IMG/VR virus record: IMGVR_UViG_3300029258_003221
Coordinates: 124,001-188,000 of that record
Direction: 5' to 3' (one strand)
DNA length: 64,000 nt
Under the pieces are notes generated by a model. The model saw nothing but the letters and a program-made list of their open reading frames with translations, was not told the origin of the DNA and ran no database searches. The translations under genes and the position numbers were made by a program. Positions 44,772 through 54,869 of this stretch are shown here, piece by piece. How positions within the stretch are numbered: the first letter of the stretch is position 1; each line of letters opens with the position of its first letter.

Positions 44772-45056
44772 TTAGAAAGGAATGTCTCGGGTTTCATTGT
44801 ACCCAATGACATTGTTGCGAACTTTGCGTCGTGCTTTGTTTGCTGCCTTAGCAGCGTCTTCGTGTCCCTGATCTCCGCAACCGTAACCGTGTCGTTCTTG
44901 CACATAAGCGTGAGCGAAAGTAGCTTGAATGGCAATTCCCTCAATTTCATCTGCTAACTTCTGACGGTCAACATTACTCAGATCATTGATAAATGACTGA
45001 AAGTCAACAGGTGCCAGTTCAAACAACATTTTGGTTGCGTTTTCAGACAGTGACAT
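44772..45056 (-). CDS. hypothetical protein
   Basis: 94 aa; TAA-GACACCC. Confidence 0.7.
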   Translation of the reverse strand: MSLSENATKMLFELAPVDFQSFINDLSNVDRQKLADEIEGIAIQATFAHAYVQERHGYGCGDQGHEDAAKAANKARRKVRNNVIGYNETRDIPF

Positions 45057-45057
45057 A

Positions 45058-45357
45058 TTAGGTGTCCTTCATTAGTGGGTAGCACTTTTCGTAGTCGAGA
45101 ATGCACACTTCGTGTCCGAATGCTTCGATTTCTGTACCGTCTTCAAAACGAATCAAGTACATATCTTCTTTGCCTTCTTCGTGGTCAGTGGCGTTTTTGA
45201 ATTCCTGTGTCTTTTTGATCACAGTAAAAGCCTTGCCAACATGCTCTGCATATTGATCAAATGGTGACGTGAAAAACTGTCGGAACTGATCATTCTCATA
45301 GTGCAGAGTCGTGATCACTCGATCACGTTTGGCAATTTCCGGGCTATCTGTGAACAT
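45058..45357 (-). CDS. hypothetical protein
   Basis: start moved. Confidence 0.65.
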   Translation of the reverse strand: MFTDSPEIAKRDRVITTLHYENDQFRQFFTSPFDQYAEHVGKAFTVIKKTQEFKNATDHEEGKEDMYLIRFEDGTEIEAFGHEVCILDYEKCYPLMKDT

Positions 45358-45370
45358 ATTCAGGTGTCCT

Positions 45371-45775
45371 TTATTTGGCAACAACTTCGATGCAGCCATC
45401 ATTTTCGATGACTTTATCGAACTGATAACAACGATCTGCTTTCCATGTTCGGATGTGAAGTTTGTCATCTTCATCAACCCAAAGCATTACAGAGTTGTCA
45501 GGACCACGCTGGTCTCTGTCCCCTGTAACTTTGATTTCGACTGGCTTGCCCGGTCGAACCCTGCAACGCTGAATCTTTGCGGCATCATGGTCGAACGGTT
45601 GAAACTCGTCATCGTTCCTACTGGGTGTCTGCAATTGGATTTTGTAATCCTTGCAGAGATCTTCCAGACTTCTTATTTTTTCAACTGCGTCGTTGTATTC
45701 CCTCTGAAGTTGTTCAAGGGTTTTAATGTCGTGAAGCAGGTCGAAGCTATAAGGCAATTCTGTCTGTGTTGTCAT
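45371..45775 (-). CDS. hypothetical protein
   Basis: 134 aa. Confidence 0.7.
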   Translation of the reverse strand: MTTQTELPYSFDLLHDIKTLEQLQREYNDAVEKIRSLEDLCKDYKIQLQTPSRNDDEFQPFDHDAAKIQRCRVRPGKPVEIKVTGDRDQRGPDNSVMLWVDEDDKLHIRTWKADRCYQFDKVIENDGCIEVVAK

Positions 45776-46161
45776 TTCATAACTCCATCTTCACTAAGCG
45801 CTGCCAAGATTGCGGCCCAGTGTGCAAGGTTATTTTTCTTCAGTTCATCAACACGTTCTGTGAACTTTGGATCATGTCCATCAACTTTGAGGATTGCATG
45901 AGCAAACCAACGCAGTGCTTTAGGATAATCCGGGTGTGAATCTCCATCTTTCACACATTGATCCTGTGTTTTTGCTTCATTGAAGATAGCAGCAGCAATC
46001 AAAGTGGGTTCACCACCCATGTCTGACTGGGATGGAATTCCCCATCCTTCAAACATCCACTCACGAGCATTGTCTACAATGCCTTCGAGAGAGAATCCAT
46101 CAACGTCCAATTTTCCGTCGTTGACAAGATCCAAAAGTTGGTCTGTGGGAGTTGTAATCAT
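45772..46161 (-). CDS. hypothetical protein
   Basis: coupled. Confidence 0.7.
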   Translation of the reverse strand: MITTPTDQLLDLVNDGKLDVDGFSLEGIVDNAREWMFEGWGIPSQSDMGGEPTLIAAAIFNEAKTQDQCVKDGDSHPDYPKALRWFAHAILKVDGHDPKFTERVDELKKNNLAHWAAILAALSEDGVMK

Positions 46162-46361
46162 TATCTTCCTTCCCATTGATCTCGATCAGCGAACTGTGAT
46201 TTAGTGGGTGTCTGAATTGTAGCTTTCATGTGCTTCATACGAAGACCCTCCGTGATCTTCGCCAAATTCTCACGGACGGTACACAGCATTCCTCTTTCGA
46301 GCTGAGCCTGTGTTTCAAGTGCCAGAATGTAAAGTTCTCTATCATCCATTGGTTTTGGCAT
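46161..46361 (-). CDS. hypothetical protein
   Basis: 66 aa. Confidence 0.6.
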   Translation of the reverse strand: MPKPMDDRELYILALETQAQLERGMLCTVRENLAKITEGLRMKHMKATIQTPTKSQFADRDQWEGR

Positions 46362-46614
46362 GGAAGTCTTCCTCTGAATATGGAATGTCTTTCAACCGCA
46401 CATAATATCCATGAACGGTCGAAATGATGTCCATGTCTTCCATGACTTCAAGATACTTATTCCATTCATCACCAATGGCATCAAAAAGAGCCTGATGTTC
46501 ACTGTGACCAGCATTAGTGGCACGATCTATGATTTCCTTAGATGATTCACAATACTTGCCGTATGCTTCATCTAAGGTCTCACGTTCTTCTGGCGTTAGA
46601 TCTCTGGTGTTCAT
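46342..46614 (-). CDS. hypothetical protein
   Basis: start moved, ATGA coupling. Confidence 0.65.
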   Translation of the reverse strand: MNTRDLTPEERETLDEAYGKYCESSKEIIDRATNAGHSEHQALFDAIGDEWNKYLEVMEDMDIISTVHGYYVRLKDIPYSEEDFHAKTNG

Positions 46615-46853
46615 GTTTCGGCATTTTCGGCTGGTTGAATTTCGGATGGCCAAAACTCTGGTTTATCGGGCCAAGTTGTCTTACAAATCTCTGACCAGAC
46701 TCTGAGTATTGCTTGATAAAGCGGTTCTCCGTCCTTCGGCTTGTGCCAGTTGTTGTAGTCAAGCACAAATCTGAATCGATCTTCTTCAAGAAGATAATAG
46801 ACCGATTCAGTTCGTCCGTCGTTGTATTTAATTCGGGTTGTGTGTTGAATCAT
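46611..46853 (-). CDS. hypothetical protein
   Basis: 80 aa, ATGA coupling. Confidence 0.65.
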   Translation of the reverse strand: MIQHTTRIKYNDGRTESVYYLLEEDRFRFVLDYNNWHKPKDGEPLYQAILRVWSEICKTTWPDKPEFWPSEIQPAENAET

Positions 46854-47128
46854 GCTTCACTCACAGGTGGGTTCCGTCTTGAGATAAGTCTCATTTCAGA
46901 TATGTGGGTGTCACAAGTGACATCACCCCACCAAACCACATAACAATCGGGATCACCTTCCCGTGGTCCGTCTCCGTCAACAAAGGTCACATCAGGATTG
47001 TAATAATCAACATCGCTTCGTCTTCGGACTTCGCCCAGTGTTCCCAACGGAACTTCCATGTCAGAATTAGGGTCTTCACTGACCAACCTTTGTGTGGCTT
47101 TGACGATATCGCCAATTTGGTATTGCAT
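46850..47128 (-). CDS. hypothetical protein
   Basis: 92 aa. Confidence 0.65.
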   Translation of the reverse strand: MQYQIGDIVKATQRLVSEDPNSDMEVPLGTLGEVRRRSDVDYYNPDVTFVDGDGPREGDPDCYVVWWGDVTCDTHISEMRLISRRNPPVSEA

Positions 47129-47130
47129 AT

Positions 47131-47367
47131 TTATCCCTCTGCTGGAAAACCCTGAGCCAACAAAACTTCAGCTACTTTTTTAGAGATCCTCAAGCCTTTG
47201 GATTCACCATCATGGTAAACGACATTAAGTCGGCAACCATTGAATCCGGGCGGGAGACCCACTGTCACATGCTGCATTTTTGGAAGAATGCGAACGCCAT
47301 CTGTGTGACAGGCATGTTCTGAGCTTGTTGAAGGGAGGTTTTCATTCGGTTCAAACATTTGAAACAT
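47131..47367 (-). CDS. hypothetical protein
   Basis: 78 aa, GGAG RBS. Confidence 0.6.
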   Translation of the reverse strand: MFQMFEPNENLPSTSSEHACHTDGVRILPKMQHVTVGLPPGFNGCRLNVVYHDGESKGLRISKKVAEVLLAQGFPAEG

Positions 47368-47402
47368 TTTTACTTCTCCAAAGGTAGAAGGGTGTCAAGA
47401 AA

Positions 47403-47942
47403 TTAAATTGCTACTTTGTCCCACCATTGAACATAAGTGCCATCAAGCATAGCGTTCCAGTCACGCCATGCAGCAGGATCAATTCTTTTGGACCATGCCA
47501 TGCTTTCAGGTCCAGTTTTGAGAAAAGCCCGGTACTTGGCGTAATTGTACTTCTCCTGTGCCAATTCCTCAACAGTTTTGTTGAGTGCTTTTTTGGCACC
47601 CTGTACTGAGATTGTGCAGGCCCGACTTTTCCAATTTGGATCAGCAAGATTGGTTTTAGATAATTCGATTTCTCGTTCAGCACGTTCAACAAAGTAATGC
47701 CAGACCTTTGCTTTATCGGCAGCTTGCTTATCTGCTTCGGCAATTGCTTCACGAACTGTTCGGAATGCACCGATTGTTGACATTCCTTCACGGAGGACAC
47801 AACGCTGATCTTCAGTCAGATGCCAGAGTTTACGTTTGTCAGATAGTTTCGGTGTAATGATCGTGAAGTTTTCACATTCACTACGTCGAATGACGATCTC
47901 ACAATTCTTTGTTTTCTCTTTCGCAGGCTGACTGAATTTCAT
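47403..47942 (-). CDS. hypothetical protein
   Basis: 179 aa, GGAG RBS. Confidence 0.7.
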   Translation of the reverse strand: MKFSQPAKEKTKNCEIVIRRSECENFTIITPKLSDKRKLWHLTEDQRCVLREGMSTIGAFRTVREAIAEADKQAADKAKVWHYFVERAEREIELSKTNLADPNWKSRACTISVQGAKKALNKTVEELAQEKYNYAKYRAFLKTGPESMAWSKRIDPAAWRDWNAMLDGTYVQWWDKVAI

Positions 47943-47976
47943 GTCAAAAGTTCTCCATTTGTTGCCAAGGGACCGG

Positions 47977-48054
47977 GTGCGAGCCGGACTGACTTCCCTA
48001 CTCCCCCCCTGTCTGGGGGAGAGTCATCCCTACCATAGTCAGCAATGGTCGCAC
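47977..48054 (-). ncRNA. candidate rod-like RNA with purine-rich internal loop
   Basis: nested stems GUGCGA/UCGCAC, GCUGACU/AGUCAGU and ACUCUCCCC/GGGGGGAGU. Confidence 0.4.
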
Positions 48055-48066
48055 TAAGGAAGCGGT

Positions 48067-48282
48067 CTATGCCTCATTCTCAGTGCTTAGGGTTTGTATC
48101 TTTTTCTGAATAGCTTCAACCACCTGATCCATTGTTGGTGGAAGTGAGTCTTTGTGTTTTGTTGTTATGAAGGTGTCCACAGATGCAACCCATGTCTTCA
48201 CAGTCCAACCTCCGGTTTGACCATCAGCTCGAAAGTGAACATCACCCACATTATCTCGTATCCAATCAGAGTGTTTCATCAC
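48067..48282 (-). CDS. hypothetical protein
   Basis: 71 aa. Confidence 0.6.
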   Translation of the reverse strand: MMKHSDWIRDNVGDVHFRADGQTGGWTVKTWVASVDTFITTKHKDSLPPTMDQVVEAIQKKIQTLSTENEA

Positions 48283-48626
48283 TTTGCCTCTGGTTTCAAA
48301 ATCACTTCAAAGTGCTTCAGAACATCTTTCACCTTTTCAGGTGTCAAACCTGTCTTCTCAGCGACTTTGTTGATTCTTTTGTCATGAATTTCATTTAGGC
48401 TATTCATGTAGCCTTCATCAATGATGGTTTCAACATCAATGTCTTCTCCACCATATTCAGTTGGATGGTGAACAGAAGATGAATTCATCCACTGTTGAAC
48501 TCCAGCATCACAAAGTGTTTTACCCATATTCAGACAACCCTCACGAGTGCAAGGGAATACCAGCTCAGGTTCACCACAATGGATTTTACCATCTTCAACG
48601 TCAAGGTAAGAAAACATATCACTCAT
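48279..48626 (-). CDS. hypothetical protein
   Basis: 115 aa. Confidence 0.7.
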   Translation of the reverse strand: MSDMFSYLDVEDGKIHCGEPELVFPCTREGCLNMGKTLCDAGVQQWMNSSSVHHPTEYGGEDIDVETIIDEGYMNSLNEIHDKRINKVAEKTGLTPEKVKDVLKHFEVILKPEAK

Positions 48627-48635
48627 ATCACTATC

Positions 48636-49193
48636 CTAATCCCGTGTTTGTTCTGAGACATATACGTGGGCACGTCGCCCAACGATGATGCGTTCGTTCT
48701 TTCCCGGAAATCTCAACGGAGGATGTGTTTCGTGAAAGATGAACTGCTTGTCATGATCTATCAGGTGTCCTTGAGGAAGTTCAGGGAACTTCGGTCCACG
48801 ACCTTTAACAAGGGCAATGTCCCCCTGTCGCTGAACGATGTTGTTTGCTCGACCATTCCAAATCCATTGAAGAGCCGAAAACACTTGTCTACAATCAGAG
48901 GGAACACAATGTGAAAAGTAAGTCCCTGCCTCGTTTCTCCCAACGAGAAATACAGACTGTGAATGGTGAGGGCCGAACTTATAACTTCTGGCATAAATCC
49001 TCTTGCGATGAACGGCAATGAGACCTAACCCTGCGCCGCCCATATCACAAAATGGTGCCGACTCCGCTTTCTTGGGGGCAACAAAGTCAAGAGCCTTGGT
49101 TGTGTGATAATCACCCTTTGCACTTCCATGTTCATCATAGAATTGTTCTGCAAGACGAGCCAGCTTTAGTGTCCGTTGAACAGCAGTTGCCAT
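48636..49193 (-). CDS. RQGD-motif hypothetical phage protein
   Basis: QRQGDIALV...GH...HETH. Confidence 0.75.
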   Translation of the reverse strand: MATAVQRTLKLARLAEQFYDEHGSAKGDYHTTKALDFVAPKKAESAPFCDMGGAGLGLIAVHRKRIYARSYKFGPHHSQSVFLVGRNEAGTYFSHCVPSDCRQVFSALQWIWNGRANNIVQRQGDIALVKGRGPKFPELPQGHLIDHDKQFIFHETHPPLRFPGKNERIIVGRRAHVYVSEQTRD

Positions 49194-49243
49194 GATATTT
49201 CCTTAGACAAAAATTTTGATTAGTCACTGAATGATGATTTCCA

Positions 49244-49480
49244 TCATTCTCTTGACAAAATGAGATCCGTTCCATCATCCACCAATACGGTGTCTTTGCC
49301 ATACTTAGCTTGGAGTCGTTCTTTAACTTCATCAAAGTCTAAGTGAACACACATCTCTGCGGTAAATCCACCAGTGTAGCCAGTAACGAACTGGTATTTC
49401 CCATTGTTTCTGTAGTCAGGAGTAATCCGGGTCAATTCGCCGCCGAATAGACGGTCCATCGTGAGTTGTCTTTCACTCAT
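49244..49480 (-). CDS. hypothetical protein
   Basis: start moved; GGAGAG RBS. Confidence 0.65.
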   Translation of the reverse strand: MSERQLTMDRLFGGELTRITPDYRNNGKYQFVTGYTGGFTAEMCVHLDFDEVKERLQAKYGKDTVLVDDGTDLILSRE

Positions 49481-49481
49481 A

Positions 49482-50069
49482 TCACTCTCCAAGAATGAGC
49501 ATTTTGTTGTCGATAGGAATAAATCCGGGAATACCAACATCTTCAGCAACCCACCTGTAAATGGGTTCTGCCAGATTTCCCAGATGGTGAAGAGGCTGAC
49601 TGGCAATCCAGCCAACACGTTGAGCACACAGGGTGTCATCATCTGTTTCAAACACAGACTGACAGTATGCTTTAACTGGCCCTTCAGGCAGCTTGTATTG
49701 ATTTTGTTCCGGTGCGTGTGGTGGTGGAGGGAGCATGAATACTTCTTTCAGCCTATTACTTCCAAAGTCGTAGTTGGTATTGTTGGCTGTGTCCACAAAG
49801 ATGTAGGGTTCAACATCCTCAAAGACCCATCGTGTAGGATCAACAAGGGTGTCCCCATCGATGATCCAACCATGATGATGAAACTCAAACCTGCCAAATC
49901 GGGAAGTTGGAGCAATCGGCCCACAATACTGACCATAGACTGCCTTGCCGGGAATCAACTTGTGTTTGACCAGTTGACAGGCAATGCCGTAGCAATTGCC
50001 TGCCCACTCATCTAATGGCCAGCCGATAAACTCAGCAGCTTTAGCTGGATTCAATGGGTGCTTTGACAT
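49482..50069 (-). CDS. putative transglutaminase/papain-like Cys-His-Asp fold protein
   Basis: GNCY...HHHGWI...LVDPT triad pattern. Confidence 0.55.
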   Translation of the reverse strand: MSKHPLNPAKAAEFIGWPLDEWAGNCYGIACQLVKHKLIPGKAVYGQYCGPIAPTSRFGRFEFHHHGWIIDGDTLVDPTRWVFEDVEPYIFVDTANNTNYDFGSNRLKEVFMLPPPPHAPEQNQYKLPEGPVKAYCQSVFETDDDTLCAQRVGWIASQPLHHLGNLAEPIYRWVAEDVGIPGFIPIDNKMLILGE

Positions 50070-50072
50070 AAC

Positions 50073-50255
50073 TCAGATTCCATCTTCTTTTAGAGTTTCG
50101 TAATCTTTTCGCAAATTTTCTGCGTCTGTTTCAAAACCGTTTTTCAACGATGGAACTTTGAACTTGCGTCTTTGTTTTGGAGGAAACAACGTAAATGTTG
50201 CCATGCCCTCCATAATCGAAGCCATGCCTTTGAGGATGAACCGAAACCAATTCAT
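50073..50255 (-). CDS. hypothetical protein
   Basis: 60 aa, ATGA coupling. Confidence 0.6.
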   Translation of the reverse strand: MNWFRFILKGMASIMEGMATFTLFPPKQRRKFKVPSLKNGFETDAENLRKDYETLKEDGI

Positions 50256-50839
50256 GCAATTGCCTTGCCGTCATGAAGTTGTTGAACATGAGCAGCAAAT
50301 CGGAACTGATAATCATCAACCTGAATCAGAACCAGATCAGCCGGGTTTTCAGCACTGTCGGCACAATACTTTTCACCCAAACAAAGTTCAGCATACTTTT
50401 CAGCAACTTGTTCGTCGTTCAACTTAGTGATATTGGGAATGAAAGAATCCAATTTTCCACAACGAACAACCTCAAGAGTGTTCTGTGGATCGTTGACAAG
50501 AACATCTCGCCAAAACTCAACCAACTCTGTTTTTGCCTGAGTAAGTGTGAGGATCTTGGTGTTTTTGAAGGATCGTCTTTCCTGAGCTTTCAGGAATTCA
50601 TCCCAATTGTCGTAGTCTTCCAGTTCGATCTGGAAGGGGCCATCCCAGTCACGTATCCACTGAGGGGTGCAACCTTCGTTACGAAGAGCATTACGCCGCT
50701 CATGTTCTTCGTGAAAATCGAAGTCGATAACATTGACTGGCACAGACCAGATCAGGCATCTGTCGCCACCGGGGGAGACAATAGCCTTGTTTTCGGTCTC
50801 CCATGCTTGGGGAATGAATCGAAGTCGGATGGTGTTCAT
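50252..50839 (-). CDS. hypothetical protein
   Basis: 195 aa. Confidence 0.7.
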   Translation of the reverse strand: MNTIRLRFIPQAWETENKAIVSPGGDRCLIWSVPVNVIDFDFHEEHERRNALRNEGCTPQWIRDWDGPFQIELEDYDNWDEFLKAQERRSFKNTKILTLTQAKTELVEFWRDVLVNDPQNTLEVVRCGKLDSFIPNITKLNDEQVAEKYAELCLGEKYCADSAENPADLVLIQVDDYQFRFAAHVQQLHDGKAIA

Positions 50840-50891
50840 GTTAATTTATCCTTTTGATAAAAGTGATTCGATGTTTGTTAGATGGGTGTCA

Positions 50892-51164
50892 TCAATAGTC
50901 GCTGGGCATCAAAATCGTAGTCACGCTTCGATCCCATTCTGTGATGATCCATAGAGTGCCACCACTGGTATCAAAAGATGACATGACACGTGACCCATTT
51001 TCAAGAGCAGCATCGTTTAGCTTGATATCGCCTGTACTTTGATTGCCCCAATCACCAGCAAAATGACGATTGAGAAGTTCCCTTCCATCAATGCTGTGTT
51101 CTTCCATGAAGTCAACAGCATTGGATGTTGCCACAGTTTGTTCGGATGTGAATTTTGGAATCAT
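50892..51164 (-). CDS. conserved plasmid/phage small protein (RH..GDWG family)
   Basis: LLNRHFAGDWG...ND.AL..GSR.MS.F...LWIITEWDRSVTTILMP.DY. Confidence 0.8.
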   Translation of the reverse strand: MIPKFTSEQTVATSNAVDFMEEHSIDGRELLNRHFAGDWGNQSTGDIKLNDAALENGSRVMSSFDTSGGTLWIITEWDRSVTTILMPSDY

Positions 51165-51221
51165 GCTGCTTTTTCCGCTGCTTTAGTTCTTTCAAGTCGG
51201 TGAAAAACTTTGATGTGCATT

Positions 51222-51479
51222 TTAGTTCACCAAAATAGCGTTACAGAAATTGAGAGCAACTCGTTGTTGGGTGTCCGTTTCCGGTGCATGGTAGTCAACA
51301 ACAAGAAATTCATCCTTGCCATCAAACTCTGGTCCTTTGACCTTGCAGACCTTTGGTGCAATGCTGGTGACTTTACCAACCATACCGGGCTGGAACACGA
51401 TTTTGGGAGTGATCCCATAACCGCTGTAATATCCTTCCACGGGCAGCTTGCATGTCACTTTGTCACCAACACCAATCAT
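51222..51479 (-). CDS. hypothetical protein
   Basis: 85 aa, coupled. Confidence 0.65.
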   Translation of the reverse strand: MIGVGDKVTCKLPVEGYYSGYGITPKIVFQPGMVGKVTSIAPKVCKVKGPEFDGKDEFLVVDYHAPETDTQQRVALNFCNAILVN

Positions 51480-51982
51480 TATTCTGCCTTTATCAAAGTT
51501 TTGATGTCATCGGGAACGTGCTGGATTTCTTCATCAATCCAAACAGACAATGACCATTCAGGCATTGTCGCTTTCACGTATTCTTCATAGGTGTCGTAAC
51601 TGTTCGTTTTAGGCTTTGTTTCACCAACACCATCATCGATGATTCTGGCATCAAAATGAACAGCCAGTGGTTCCCTTAGCTCACGTTCAACCCACCATAG
51701 AAAATTCCAGTTGTGACCATGCTGGAATTCAATACAGGGCATCTCTGTGTAATCCTCAGCTTCCTGATATTCTTCATCAGGATTGAATGTCTTGCCTGTC
51801 CAGAACTGGAGAGCGATATGCTGTTCCAGCTTGTGTCGGAGGGTCCAGATTGTATAGGTTGGTTTCTCGTGACGAACCAACATGAATTGAGGGAACTTCT
51901 TACGAACGATGCCCTCGATGAATGAGTGAATTTCATCATCAGAGGGCATCGTTTTTGGAATCACAGCAGCAAGATTTGCCAT
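51479..51982 (-). CDS. hypothetical protein
   Basis: 167 aa. Confidence 0.7.
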   Translation of the reverse strand: MANLAAVIPKTMPSDDEIHSFIEGIVRKKFPQFMLVRHEKPTYTIWTLRHKLEQHIALQFWTGKTFNPDEEYQEAEDYTEMPCIEFQHGHNWNFLWWVERELREPLAVHFDARIIDDGVGETKPKTNSYDTYEEYVKATMPEWSLSVWIDEEIQHVPDDIKTLIKAE

Positions 51983-52750
51983 TTAGATATTCAGATCGAA
52001 GCCTGAAAACTCCTCAGAGTAAACTTCGTTTCCGTCCTTTCCTTCTTTTTCCTGTTCGGCGAGATACTGATCTCGTGCCCAGATGACGAACCAACTCTGA
52101 GCAATATCGGTCAGTCTCATCTCAAAGTAGTTCTCACCGTCGATGACAAAACTCACCAGTCGCTTTTTGACCTTAGCAATTCGTTCATCATCAACGAACT
52201 CATTACCTTTCATCTGGGTGTCAACAACTTGTTCCAAGGTGTTCTTGACGGCTTCTCGGAACTCTTCGTTATCGCCGTAATCACGGTCGTGACAAGCATT
52301 GTGAACAACCTGACCTGCCAATGGCAAAGAATCCAACAGGTCACCATAACCATCGTCACCTTTGTCCTCGACCACATTAAACAGAGGCTTGTACAAAGCT
52401 CGTTTGTAATGCTCCCATGTCTTAGCGAAGCGAAGTGCTTCATCAAAGGTGTAGGGGCATTCTTCGTAGCGATAGCCGCCTCTGGAATCCCAGACCTGAA
52501 CCTTGCCAGCAGCACTCTGCACTCGGAAAAACTCTGAGATAGCATCCTTTGCTGCATCCTGTCGGGTGATTCGTTCGACAACGAGCGGTCGGAAATACTT
52601 CTCAAGGATTTCCCAAAACCGATCACCATCCAACACAGGCAGTTCTTCCATGTAGTGGCGAAAGGCTTTACCAAACTTGGCACCGACACGGTTGTATTCC
52701 AGTGCCAGTTCCTGTGCATCGATTGTTTCCATATCAAACAGTTTGGTCAT
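51983..52750 (-). CDS. hypothetical protein, weak DUF4240-like similarity
   Basis: 255 aa; DRFWEIL...GDDGYGDL pattern. Confidence 0.65.
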   Translation of the reverse strand: MTKLFDMETIDAQELALEYNRVGAKFGKAFRHYMEELPVLDGDRFWEILEKYFRPLVVERITRQDAAKDAISEFFRVQSAAGKVQVWDSRGGYRYEECPYTFDEALRFAKTWEHYKRALYKPLFNVVEDKGDDGYGDLLDSLPLAGQVVHNACHDRDYGDNEEFREAVKNTLEQVVDTQMKGNEFVDDERIAKVKKRLVSFVIDGENYFEMRLTDIAQSWFVIWARDQYLAEQEKEGKDGNEVYSEEFSGFDLNI

Positions 52751-53720
52751 TGTTTTCCTCTCTTAGTTTGAATCGTGAATAGATGAATTCGCTGCCACTA
52801 AGCTTTTCATAATCAGGAAAATCATAGTAGTGCTCGAAATCCCAAGTGCCATGAGGAACATTCAGCTTCACAGTGTCCTGTTTGCTCTTCACTTCCTTGT
52901 ACCGGGTGTCACCAATAGTATTGAGATCAGCGGCTTCCCATCGCCAGACATCAAGACAAAGTTCGCCAATCTTCTCATGCCCTTCAATCAGTCCGTATTC
53001 TTCCTTTTGATCTTCTGTAAGATCATTATATTCCTCTTGAGACATATTATCGAAGATTTGATCCTGTTTGTAACAACACCCCATAATAATTGATGTAGAG
53101 TCATTAGGGTGCGTATAGATACCAACACTCATGTTGCCCATTTGACCACAGGCTACATTTTGATCGGCTTTGTATTTTGTGACATTGATTCGGCCACGGA
53201 TTGCGTTAAGAGACCAATCCTCAGTGTATTTCTTGTCCTTCGGACAATCATCAACGATTCTGAAAATGTTAGCAAATATCAACGGACTCTGAACATTGAT
53301 GCTGCCAGTGAGTGGTCTTGGCTCATGCAATTCACAAAGGGTGTCTAAAGGCACCTTCAGATGCTCTCTCTTTTCTGGATCGAAGTAACCACGAAGAGTC
53401 AATCTATCGCCATCAAAAACCCATTTGAGATGACGCCCACAGTTAAAGCAAAAAACGCCATCTGAAGCCCAGTTTTCCTTAACTTCATCTCCCTCTTGCA
53501 CCTGCTTGTCTAAAAGAAGCTGATAGTGTGAACGCATCTGAGCATCAGATACATTTCTCCAATTGCCATCATTAGATCCATTTGCTAAAGCTACAGTGTC
53601 ATCACAGTCTTCAATGAACCGCAATGGATTGATGTTGTGACCTTGGGTGTCAAGAACAATAGAACCATCCTTGACTTTCTCAGCTATTTCCTGAAACCTC
53701 ATACAAGCCTCGCTTTTCAT
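52734..53720 (-). CDS. hypothetical phage protein
   Basis: about 328 aa; CFNCG motif. Confidence 0.8.
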   Translation of the reverse strand: MKSEACMRFQEIAEKVKDGSIVLDTQGHNINPLRFIEDCDDTVALANGSNDGNWRNVSDAQMRSHYQLLLDKQVQEGDEVKENWASDGVFCFNCGRHLKWVFDGDRLTLRGYFDPEKREHLKVPLDTLCELHEPRPLTGSINVQSPLIFANIFRIVDDCPKDKKYTEDWSLNAIRGRINVTKYKADQNVACGQMGNMSVGIYTHPNDSTSIIMGCCYKQDQIFDNMSQEEYNDLTEDQKEEYGLIEGHEKIGELCLDVWRWEAADLNTIGDTRYKEVKSKQDTVKLNVPHGTWDFEHYYDFPDYEKLSGSEFIYSRFKLREENNDQTV

Positions 53721-53728
53721 TTTCCATG

Positions 53729-54163
53729 TTACCAATCCTCGTGATAGTCGTAATCACATTCGAGTTCAATGTCGTGAATCTGATCAGTGTAGAAGTCAAA
53801 CAACTGCTCACCGACCTCCTTTGTCAGTTGAAGGGTGTCCCCATCGCATGTCGTGACATACGCATCGTCATACAATCTCTCATCATCCCCTTCTGGTGGA
53901 TAACCTAGATTATCTGGACCACCATACATACTTCCGGGATCGTTGAACCCGGAACTCAGAAAGTCGATGGTCAGTTCACCTTCAACAACAGGTGTGTGAC
54001 AACGAAGTAGAGAGTTGGCGAGTCGCCTAATCCAACTTTTGGATTGGAGGCAAGGTGACACAAAGTTGATTTCATTCCCATCAACATCGAACACCTTACC
54101 GTTGCCAATCATAGTGATTTCGATATTGAACTGTCCCGATACGTTACGCCATTGAGTTTTCAT
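53729..54163 (-). CDS. hypothetical acidic protein
   Basis: start moved. Confidence 0.65.
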   Translation of the reverse strand: MKTQWRNVSGQFNIEITMIGNGKVFDVDGNEINFVSPCLQSKSWIRRLANSLLRCHTPVVEGELTIDFLSSGFNDPGSMYGGPDNLGYPPEGDDERLYDDAYVTTCDGDTLQLTKEVGEQLFDFYTDQIHDIELECDYDYHEDW

Positions 54164-54242
54164 CTTCCTGTCCTTTCGTAGTAGGATAGGATTGTATTGG
54201 GTGTCTTGTTTTAGGAACAGTTCTATTGTTGATGGCATAAAC

Positions 54243-54869
54243 TCACCCATTAGGGTGATAGATGACTTGAAGAGCCTCCAGAATCTGTGTGCCTGTCAGT
54301 ACGTCACCATAGTTTGCTCCGGTGACTTCACGAAAAGACTTACAAGACCCTGATTCGTATCGTTCGCCCCATACTTTGAGTTCATATTGTGACTCTTTGC
54401 CCCAAATAGGACTTTCAGCAAGACTAAACTTACCATTTCCTTCAAGAGAAATCACTTCAAACATATACAAAAATATACCATCGCCTGAGACAGCAACATA
54501 ATTGTCGCCCAACTCATAACGAATAGCAGAAGCACATGGATAGGAGATTGACCAAATGCCAATCTTCTCAGAAGTAGAGATCGTCTCGTGCCACTGTTTC
54601 AGGATTGATGGATAATTGTTTACCCTTTCTTTGAACCACTTATCGTGGTCATCCATTCTTTGTTTGAAAGCAAGTTCTTTTTTGGCACTCAACCCAAAGT
54701 CTGGATCATCTTTGAGTTGTTCCAGAAGATCATAGCGATCTGCCAAACCAAGTTGATCTGTGATTTCTTCAACGAAATCTTGAGGCGTTCCAGCAAGGTC
54801 CATGACTTTCTGTAAAGTCAAAGATTCGTCGCTGTAAATCGCATCAATAAATTCTTGGTTCAACTCCAT
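54243..54869 (-). CDS. hypothetical protein
   Basis: 208 aa. Confidence 0.75.
   Translation of the reverse strand: MELNQEFIDAIYSDESLTLQKVMDLAGTPQDFVEEITDQLGLADRYDLLEQLKDDPDFGLSAKKELAFKQRMDDHDKWFKERVNNYPSILKQWHETISTSEKIGIWSISYPCASAIRYELGDNYVAVSGDGIFLYMFEVISLEGNGKFSLAESPIWGKESQYELKVWGERYESGSCKSFREVTGANYGDVLTGTQILEALQVIYHPNG

Noticed and set aside
50892-51164. Type I restriction-modification M subunit (a label I recall being attached to this family)
   Set aside because: It is only 90 aa and has no methyltransferase motifs.
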